This document shows positions 16,882-23,852 of a stretch of 64,000 nucleotides of DNA, piece by piece (positions within the stretch are counted from its first letter, which is position 1; the number at the start of each line of letters is the position of its first letter). Position numbers and translations under genes: made by a program. The notes under the pieces were generated by a model. The model was not told where the DNA came from. It searched no databases and saw nothing but the letters and a program-made list of their open reading frames with translations. This stretch comes from a virus, in IMG/VR virus record IMGVR_UViG_3300037225_000466, positions 12,845 through 76,844 of that record. One strand, written 5' to 3'.

Positions 16882-17153
16882 CACTCGCAGAACTAAAAAC
16901 AAATAATCCCCATTGGTTCAATCCTGAAAATCGCAGGATATTCGGGGATTTGGGTTACGGTCTCAAAACAGGTAAAAAATCAGGCAGTCAGTTTCTCGTA
17001 CAGAAAACTAATAAATGGTCTGATATGTTCGAAAAAGATAAGAAACGGATTTTCTTTGTTCTCCATCCTATTGTAAACGGGAAAATAGAAAGTGCTATCG
17101 AAGAAGATTTTTTCTCAATTAAAGAAGTTAAACAATATTTGAGGGATAAATGA
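16878..17153 (+). CDS. Hypothetical early protein
   Basis: ORF track; ATGA overlap. Confidence 0.65.
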   Translation: MTLAELKTNNPHWFNPENRRIFGDLGYGLKTGKKSGSQFLVQKTNKWSDMFEKDKKRIFFVLHPIVNGKIESAIEEDFFSIKEVKQYLRDK

Positions 17154-17335
17154 TGCACACTTATAATCTTACATTAATCGGCTCGGTGGTTTATGATAGA
17201 AATAATCATAAATGGATAGCTCAAAGAATCGGAAGAGTTATCAAATTTGAGTGCCTTGCCGATGCAAAAAGAGAAGCGGATTTACTGCTCAAGAAATTCC
17301 ACTGTTTAACTTATGATTTGTATAAAATTATTTGA
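17150..17335 (+). CDS. Hypothetical early protein
   Basis: ORF track. Confidence 0.55.
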   Translation: MMHTYNLTLIGSVVYDRNNHKWIAQRIGRVIKFECLADAKREADLLLKKFHCLTYDLYKII

Positions 17336-17345
17336 GGGATAAATA

Positions 17346-17555
17346 ATGCTAACTAAAAAAGATTTTCAAGGGATGGCTGTTGAAATTAAATCTTTAATTG
17401 CCAAAAATGCTTCTCCTGATTTTGTAGATGGCTATATTCGGGCTTGTGTGGATATAGCTGTCGAAAACCCAAACTTTAATGCAAAACGGTTTTATGATGC
17501 CTGTGGTATTGACGGCTATCCAGAAATAAGATATACAGGAGAAAGATATGACTAA
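17346..17555 (+). CDS. Conserved small phage protein (TKKDF...NPNFNAKRFYDACG)
   Basis: Motif common in early phage genes. Confidence 0.65.
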   Translation: MLTKKDFQGMAVEIKSLIAKNASPDFVDGYIRACVDIAVENPNFNAKRFYDACGIDGYPEIRYTGERYD

Positions 17556-17775
17556 TCTCGACAAAGCCGTTGATCATGCCCGCACTCTTCTCAAATCCCT
17601 TGAGTTTGGCAGTGCCTGTTTTAAAGCAGGTAAAGAGTTTAATGTGGATTCGGCAGAAATTGCTCGTGTCTTAGCTTCACACTCTGCAATGAAACGGAAA
17701 CGTACTTTTTCAGAGCAGGCGATTCTGGTTCGTGTAAAAAATGAAGTTGCAAACAAAGTAAAGGATTTAAGGTAA
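17548..17775 (+). CDS. Hypothetical early protein
   Basis: ORF track. Confidence 0.6.
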   Translation: MTNLDKAVDHARTLLKSLEFGSACFKAGKEFNVDSAEIARVLASHSAMKRKRTFSEQAILVRVKNEVANKVKDLR

Positions 17776-17960
17776 TGAAAAAATTTATTTTTAGCCGTGA
17801 ATATCTAAATGAATCCGAAGATGAGACTTGGGCGGATTTCGCCAAAGACCTTGAACAAGGTATCGAAGCTAATAAAGACGATTTCGATTGTGTCGAAGAG
17901 CCAATGGAAGATTGGGAAAATGAAATGTGGCATCAGCAAAAAGAGATGTATGAGGAGTAA
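17775..17960 (+). CDS. Small, highly acidic protein
   Basis: About one third D/E. Confidence 0.55.
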   Translation: MKKFIFSREYLNESEDETWADFAKDLEQGIEANKDDFDCVEEPMEDWENEMWHQQKEMYEE

Positions 17961-17967
17961 TCTCAAT

Positions 17968-18040
17968 GGTGATAATAGTTCAATTGGTAGAGCATCGGTC
18001 TGTGGAACCGAAGACGAGAGTTCAATCCTCTCTTATCACT
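17968..18040 (+). tRNA. tRNA-His(GTG), G-1 encoded, no CCA
   Basis: Acceptor gtgataa/ttatcac; D-arm gttc-aattggta-gagc; anticodon arm tcggt-ctGTGga-accga; T-arm gagag-ttcaatc-ctctc. Confidence 0.9.
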
Positions 18041-18085
18041 CTAATCCGCAAAAAGCGGAATTGTTAAACTTTTAAGGGTCGAGTT

Positions 18086-18421
18086 ATGAAAACAGAGTCA
18101 ATGCAAATCGTCGGAAAAGATATATATCCATTTTCCGAGAAAAGAACAGAATATAATTATCAGGTGGATTTGTCTATCAAACCAGAGATGGTGGAAATAT
18201 CGATTTACGATTCCAAGGGCAATTTGCTTCATGGCAATCTCCCTGCAATCGGACTTCGCAATGCAGAGCAAACCGCAGAACGATTACTTAATAAAATTAA
18301 GTTCAATCAAAAGTTCCTTCACTTCGATGATAAACTTATGAATGTGGAAAGTGCTTTCAGAATGGAAAGGGATTTCGTATATGGGATTTCGTTCGATTTT
18401 ATCAAAAGGAGGTCTGCATGA
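18086..18421 (+). CDS. Hypothetical early protein
   Basis: ORF track. Confidence 0.6.
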   Translation: MKTESMQIVGKDIYPFSEKRTEYNYQVDLSIKPEMVEISIYDSKGNLLHGNLPAIGLRNAEQTAERLLNKIKFNQKFLHFDDKLMNVESAFRMERDFVYGISFDFIKRRSA

Positions 18422-18798
18422 AATCTCAAAAACAAAAAGCACTCGAAGCGATAGACGAACTAATCAAAAGATATTCCACAGGTAAGACTTGGGTGAATTG
18501 GGGTGACGGGGCAAGCTGTCCACTGTGCCAAATCTATCTACTGAAAAATAAAGACATGGATTCTTGCAGGGGTTGCCCAATGGCAAATAAGGAGGGCGGG
18601 CACGGCTGTATCATACATAAAACATGGATGGATTTACAGGATGCCTATGTGGGTATTTGGGGAGAATTTGAAACTCCTTTAATTTTTACACGAGCTAAAG
18701 CATTAAAGAAATTTAAAAAGTTAATCGAAAATGAACCAGCTAAAAAATTCACGGTCAAAGGTTGGACGTTCTTTAAACAAAATAAAAAGTTTTATTAA
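18418..18798 (+). CDS. Cys-rich hypothetical protein (CPLC...CRGCP...C)
   Basis: ORF track; metal-binding motif. Confidence 0.65.
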   Translation: MKSQKQKALEAIDELIKRYSTGKTWVNWGDGASCPLCQIYLLKNKDMDSCRGCPMANKEGGHGCIIHKTWMDLQDAYVGIWGEFETPLIFTRAKALKKFKKLIENEPAKKFTVKGWTFFKQNKKFY

Positions 18799-18803
18799 TA
18801 ATC

Positions 18804-18871
18804 GGGTGGTCTTGGAGGATAATGTTACAGACCTTTCGTTATCAAATGGTTCAATTCCATTTGCCACCCCA
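18804..18871 (+). ncRNA. tRNA-like RNA lacking a D-stem, with an aberrant anticodon arm
   Basis: gggtggt/gccaccc acceptor; cttggag linker; gataatg/cgttatc stem with 12-nt loop; aatgg-TTCAATT-ccatt T-arm. Confidence 0.6.
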
Positions 18872-18914
18872 ATCCGCATTAAGCGGGCAAAAGGTCAAAT
18901 TATAAGGAGAGATC

Positions 18915-19238
18915 ATGAAAGTCTATGCTTTAGAAAATGGAGACCCTTACGATCCTCAGGATACGCCATTATGGTCAGTGGTGCGAGATGAAGACGGCAA
19001 GACCTTTTCTATCCACACCTTCGGGGTGAATATAGAAAAAGGGGAAGAAATCGAATGTGAATATGTTTGTGAACTCACTATGGATGAAATGATTGAATTT
19101 ATCAGCAGGCTGAATAAGGTCTATTTCGGCGGGATAAATACGTATGACGACAGAATGTTTAATCTTGTTGCGGTGATGGCGAGACCAGGAAACAATCCAC
19201 CGCCAGAGGATTTCGGAGGGGTGCAGGTGAATGTATGA
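18915..19238 (+). CDS. Hypothetical early protein
   Basis: ORF track; AAGGAG RBS. Confidence 0.65.
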   Translation: MKVYALENGDPYDPQDTPLWSVVRDEDGKTFSIHTFGVNIEKGEEIECEYVCELTMDEMIEFISRLNKVYFGGINTYDDRMFNLVAVMARPGNNPPPEDFGGVQVNV

Positions 19239-19435
19239 AACACTTTGAAATTATCAATAACGGAACAATCGTGAATATTAAACCTCTCACTCCAGAAGCG
19301 AAACTTTGGTTTAATCAAAACGTAAATTTCGAATCATGGCAGTGTTGTGGAGACTATGTCGCTATTGAACCAAGAATGGCGAATGATATTATTGACGGAT
19401 TTAATGCAGAACAGGAGGAAACTTATTATGATTGA
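19235..19435 (+). CDS. Hypothetical early protein
   Basis: ORF track. Confidence 0.65.
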   Translation: MKHFEIINNGTIVNIKPLTPEAKLWFNQNVNFESWQCCGDYVAIEPRMANDIIDGFNAEQEETYYD

Positions 19436-19778
19436 CCTAATTATACAAGATGATGGTAATCTCTTAATAGAATTAAGCGGAGAACCTACCGATTACGAGA
19501 AACAGTTCTATTTGGATTTGAGCCCAATAAATGCGTTATGCGAGCTATTGGATACAAGCGGCTACATTGGAAACGGCTGGCAGTTTTTAAAGCCAGAGGA
19601 TATCGGTGCGTTAATCAGCGATACTTGTCCGATAATTTCCAACGACGTGGACATCGAAGATGACGGCTCTATTTCTCATATTGGAGACATTTGGTATTAT
19701 CCAGACTATGCCGTGAGTAACGAAATCGAGATTCTATTTGAAAAAGGCAGTGTAATATTTGAGAAGGTGCGGGAATGA
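19428..19778 (+). CDS. Acidic hypothetical protein
   Basis: AGGAGG RBS favours the 19428 start. Confidence 0.65.
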   Translation: MIDLIIQDDGNLLIELSGEPTDYEKQFYLDLSPINALCELLDTSGYIGNGWQFLKPEDIGALISDTCPIISNDVDIEDDGSISHIGDIWYYPDYAVSNEIEILFEKGSVIFEKVRE

Positions 19779-19936
19779 GTGATACAGCCGCAGAACTTAT
19801 CATGGCGGCAATGCGACAGGCGGATTCAAATAACTATCAAAAATTAAGCCGAGCATTTCCACAGACTTTAGATGAATTAGAGCGAAGGTATCATAGTCCT
19901 GGCGGATTTCTGGAAGGAGAAGACCATGATAACTAA
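19775..19936 (+). CDS. Small protein MSDTAAELIMAAMRQADSNN...RYHSPGG
   Basis: Own translation; fills the gap with an ATGA overlap. Confidence 0.6.
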   Translation: MSDTAAELIMAAMRQADSNNYQKLSRAFPQTLDELERRYHSPGGFLEGEDHDN

Positions 19937-20171
19937 AAAACAAGTCCTTAATCAAATCGAAACCGAACTCGAAGAGATAGATAATATCTTATTTGACCGA
20001 GTTGAAAAGCTCTTTAAGAATCCCGAACAGATTCCCGAAGTTCTCACAGGAGACAATTTGCTCTTAACTAAAGCTATAATTATAGGCTATTTTCGGGAAT
20101 ACCATTATGATTTTCTGGAAACTTATAAAGAAGAATTTGAAACAATTTACCAATTATTAAAGGGGATATAA
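19926..20171 (+). CDS. Hypothetical protein
   Basis: ORF track. Confidence 0.6.
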   Translation: MITKKQVLNQIETELEEIDNILFDRVEKLFKNPEQIPEVLTGDNLLLTKAIIIGYFREYHYDFLETYKEEFETIYQLLKGI

Positions 20172-20641
20172 TGCGAACTGACCCGATTGACAACTCGGAA
20201 CAAACAATAGATTCTCGTGATATTATTGCGAGAATCGAGGAGTTACAGGAATATATTGAAGAATGTAAAACCGAGTTTGAAGAATCCCATACTGAATGGG
20301 AGACGAAAGAACCCGAAGACGATGAGGGGGCACATACCGAATGGCTTGCTTCGGAACCAAAAGAAGACGATTATTCTGACGAACAGGAAGAACTCGATAA
20401 ACTCCTTACGATCCAAGAAGAATGTAATTATGGAGATTGGGAATATGGGGTAACCCTTGTTAACGAATCGTATTGGGAAGATTATTGTCAAGAATTATGC
20501 GAAGATATAGGAGATTTCCCAAAAGATTTACCAAGTTATATTTCTTGTCATATTGATTGGGAAGGAGTGAGTAGGGACATGGTTCAGGACTATACAACCG
20601 TTAATTTTGACGGAGTAGACTTCTATGTAAGGCTCGACTAA
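20171..20641 (+). CDS. Acidic ArdA-like antirestriction / DNA-mimic protein
   Basis: Very D/E rich; C-terminal LPSYISCHIDWEGVSRDM resembles the ArdA YIDYE..ARD motif. Confidence 0.6.
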   Translation: MRTDPIDNSEQTIDSRDIIARIEELQEYIEECKTEFEESHTEWETKEPEDDEGAHTEWLASEPKEDDYSDEQEELDKLLTIQEECNYGDWEYGVTLVNESYWEDYCQELCEDIGDFPKDLPSYISCHIDWEGVSRDMVQDYTTVNFDGVDFYVRLD

Positions 20642-20862
20642 TGGAAGAAACAATCGAGAAACTGGAAAAATGCCAACGCAAAATTATGAAGCAGGTCGAA
20701 AAGGCTTACTCAATCGCATGGCAGTCTGGAGATGTGGATGAATTTCATGATTTTAAAGAGTATCTCAACGGCTGGCGAGACCTTATGATAGAAGCCACAA
20801 ACAAAGATAGGGTTGGCGAATTTAGCCTCGACCATATTATCGTAAAAATTGGGACATTATGA
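20641..20862 (+). CDS. Hypothetical protein
   Basis: ORF track. Confidence 0.55.
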   Translation: MEETIEKLEKCQRKIMKQVEKAYSIAWQSGDVDEFHDFKEYLNGWRDLMIEATNKDRVGEFSLDHIIVKIGTL

Positions 20863-21031
20863 AAACTAAATTCTTAAAAATCGCCGATATGAAATTAGAG
20901 GATAATTTTGAAAACATACATATCAAATTTACCCCTCTGTATTACAACCAAACTAAGGAAGTAAAACTTTTATTGGTTGAGAAGTATATAAAAATATTAA
21001 ATGATGTGAAAACCATATATTTGGAGGACAA

Positions 21032-21694
21032 ATGAGTCATTTTTTTATGGGTGTAATTGTACCCAAGAACCTTAAGGGCGATGATATAATCAAAAATTAT
21101 GTAATAGCTCAAATGGAAAATTTCAACGAGGATAATGAAGTTGATCCCTATATTAAATATTCCGCCGATAAAAAAGAAGAATATTTGAAAGATAAAATTG
21201 CTAAATATGAAAGAATGTGTTTGCCGAAATATGCAGAGCAATACATTCAAGGATATTGTAAAGAGCAATTTGAACTTTACTCGGCAATGCCTGCGGAAAA
21301 ATTCTGGGAAGAATTAATAGAATACGAAACCCCCGATAAGGATGGGAATGTTGTTTGGACCTGTAATCCCAACTCTAAATGGGATTGGTGGTGTGTCGGC
21401 GGGCGTTACGACGGGAGTATAAAAGGTATAGAGGTCGAATCCACTGACAAAGGATTTAATTTCGATAATAAGCATGAGCTATTAGAAAATAATAAAACCA
21501 CCATCGGAGAATTTCTGGCTTTAGTCGAAAAAGAAAAACAGGGCTGTTACGGGATACTCGATACTAATGGTGTATGGACAGACAGGCATGACGGCGATTG
21601 GGACTCAGAAGAAGATTGGCAAAATAAATTCGTTGAAATTTTAAAACAATGCAATCTAGAAGACTCTTTGGTTGGAGTGGATTGTCATATTTAG
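21032..21694 (+). CDS. Conserved phage protein (NPNSKWDWWCVGGRY ... VDCH family)
   Basis: MSHF start, NP..KWDW..GGR, terminal VDCH. Confidence 0.75.
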   Translation: MSHFFMGVIVPKNLKGDDIIKNYVIAQMENFNEDNEVDPYIKYSADKKEEYLKDKIAKYERMCLPKYAEQYIQGYCKEQFELYSAMPAEKFWEELIEYETPDKDGNVVWTCNPNSKWDWWCVGGRYDGSIKGIEVESTDKGFNFDNKHELLENNKTTIGEFLALVEKEKQGCYGILDTNGVWTDRHDGDWDSEEDWQNKFVEILKQCNLEDSLVGVDCHI

Positions 21695-21702
21695 GAGGGA
21701 CT

Positions 21703-21879
21703 ATGAACAAAAACTTTTATGACCTTGCTTCTCATGCACTCCAAGCTGTCCGAGAACAAGAAGCTCCATCCGATGAAATCAGGGAAGCCCTGTATTCGTT
21801 AATGGAGGAAACCGCACAATTAATAGACTCGATAGATAACGAAGTTGATGAAGATTATGAGGAGGAAGGAAATGGATAA
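21703..21879 (+). CDS. Small acidic protein
   Basis: AGGAGG RBS favours the 21703 start. Confidence 0.6.
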   Translation: MNKNFYDLASHALQAVREQEAPSDEIREALYSLMEETAQLIDSIDNEVDEDYEEEGNG

Positions 21880-22171
21880 TTTTGAAGACAAACGACGGGT
21901 AATCGCCGAAGCTGATATACTCAGTAGTGAAGTTTTGGTGCTTGGCAATTATGTGAGGGATTTAGATGCACTGATAAATTCCGCACCAGAAGAAATTGAA
22001 ATGCGGATAGATTGCTCTTTTGACCTCGCACCGAGCAAAACCCTATATCTGAATCTGGACTTAATCCCAGACTATAATAGTGTTTTATTAGTTTTGCAAA
22101 AAGCATACTCAAGAGAATTAGAGACAAAAAAGAAACTTTTTGACACGATCTCAATAAAGGTGGATGCATGA
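21872..22171 (+). CDS. Hypothetical protein
   Basis: ORF track, start adjusted to RBS. Confidence 0.6.
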   Translation: MDNFEDKRRVIAEADILSSEVLVLGNYVRDLDALINSAPEEIEMRIDCSFDLAPSKTLYLNLDLIPDYNSVLLVLQKAYSRELETKKKLFDTISIKVDA

Positions 22172-22686
22172 ATATAATTATACCAACGAGTTATAAACTT
22201 CGCCTAATCCATGATTTTTATAATATAGCCGATGACAAAAAGAAAGACTATCATAATTACGCACAAATTCGTCTCGACGAAAAGTGCTTAGTCTTGACAA
22301 ATGGCTATATTATACTTAAATTACCGATTCAGGTCAATGAACTTACAGGTCCTCCACACGATTACGTGGTTTTGGTTGACAAACTCGCCGATATTTTGGA
22401 GCAAGAACCTGGCAAAGAAGCCGTCCTGAGTTATAACGAGCATAGCGGCTGTTGGATGTACAAAGGTCAGGAATTGCTAATCGTTGATTACGCCTTTCCG
22501 CCTGTGGACTCAATCATCAAAGGCGTTATCGCAGAAAGAACCTTTGATTTATCAGAATTTAGAAAGGCTTGGACAGCGACGGGAGAAACTCAGAATATGC
22601 TGATTGAGTATGTTGAAGGGTCGAGTATAAGAATGAAGGCGAATGAGCACGAAATAATTATGAGGTCGAAATATGCTGTTAGTTGA
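22168..22686 (+). CDS. Sliding-clamp (DnaN) domain-like protein
   Basis: LVLTNGYIIL...FPPVDSII echoes the beta-clamp ATDG..L...FP.Y..VI motif. Confidence 0.4.
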   Translation: MNIIIPTSYKLRLIHDFYNIADDKKKDYHNYAQIRLDEKCLVLTNGYIILKLPIQVNELTGPPHDYVVLVDKLADILEQEPGKEAVLSYNEHSGCWMYKGQELLIVDYAFPPVDSIIKGVIAERTFDLSEFRKAWTATGETQNMLIEYVEGSSIRMKANEHEIIMRSKYAVS

Positions 22687-22845
22687 AAAGGCCCAGTTAA
22701 TTAACGAACTCGTCCCGATTATCGACGATGCAATCGATAGAACTAATACTATAAGATTTTCGGGAACCAACAACGACAAGCTGTCTGACCTCGAATGGAT
22801 TACCGACAGAGTGATTGAACATTTAGAAAAGGAAGGGAAATTAAT

Positions 22846-23274
22846 ATGAAAATTAACTCATGTAGTCTAAAAACGTTTTTAAGCTCTTCTAAGAGGACTT
22901 TCCCCCATACTGATAATTGTATAGGGGTGTTCACAAAATACATTATAGCGGCTACGGACGCTATGCTTATCCGCTATTCGTACGCAGGTGCTTCGGGGAA
23001 ATTGGGAAAAGTTGAGAACCCCAAAGTTCTTTATGATAGAAGTGATGCTGATATTCTCTATAAAAATGAAGATGTTATAGAAAATGATAAATTCCCAGAG
23101 ATGGACTCGTTCTTCTCGCTTCCAGCTTTAGCCTCGACTAAGATTAACCCTCTCTTGCTTTTCCAGCTTTGTAAAATCGCTGGGATTTCAGAAGTAACGC
23201 TTGGGCTGACTGAGGGGAATCCTATTGTAAAAAGCGGAGAATTTTTAGGATTAGTAGCGGCGGTAAAACCATGA
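22846..23274 (+). CDS. Sliding-clamp (DnaN) domain-like protein
   Basis: IAATDAMLIR...KFPEMDSFF...INPLLL...FLGLVAAV. Confidence 0.45.
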   Translation: MKINSCSLKTFLSSSKRTFPHTDNCIGVFTKYIIAATDAMLIRYSYAGASGKLGKVENPKVLYDRSDADILYKNEDVIENDKFPEMDSFFSLPALASTKINPLLLFQLCKIAGISEVTLGLTEGNPIVKSGEFLGLVAAVKP

Positions 23275-23380
23275 ATCAAAACAGAATGCTGAAAATGAAG
23301 GCTCGACTGATTGCAGTAGGCTGGCTGATCGGGATAGTGCTTATTGGAATTTTGATAAAATGTTTATAATTATGTTCATT

Positions 23381-23457
23381 AGTATCAGAGTAGTCCGCTA
23401 CAAAGTAGGAAGTTAAGAATAGATTATCGAAGGATAGGCTCTTATTACTCTGATACT
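23381..23457 (+). ncRNA. Candidate structured intergenic RNA (three-way junction)
   Basis: 12-bp perfect stem agtatcagagta/tactctgatact enclosing two hairpins. Confidence 0.45.
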
Positions 23458-23477
23458 TATATAAAGGAGAAATAATA

Positions 23478-23852
23478 ATGAATAGAAAGATTAAATTTCG
23501 GGGACAGCGAACCGATAATGGAGAATGGGTATATGGATATTATGTCCTGAATGAAGAATGGGGTAAATGCTATATATATCAAAAAGAATTTCACGAGCCG
23601 TTCTATAAGTTAATACAATATGAGGTCCTTCCTGAATCCGTCGGGCAATTTACAGGATACTCTGGTAAAAATAATAGAGAGATATATGAGGGCGACTGTG
23701 TAGATATTGATGGTTTTATAGCTCGAATAGTTTGGAGTGACGGCGGATTTTGTTTTGAAAAGAGTACAGGCTGGCTTGATGAGTGGAATTTTGCCGATGA
23801 TGTTCATAGAATGATAGTTATTACAAAGGAGAGCAAAGATGAGGAAAGATGA
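23478..23852 (+). CDS. YopX family protein
   Basis: RKIKFRG...WVYGY...ESVGQFTG...EIYEGD. Confidence 0.85.
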   Translation: MNRKIKFRGQRTDNGEWVYGYYVLNEEWGKCYIYQKEFHEPFYKLIQYEVLPESVGQFTGYSGKNNREIYEGDCVDIDGFIARIVWSDGGFCFEKSTGWLDEWNFADDVHRMIVITKESKDEER

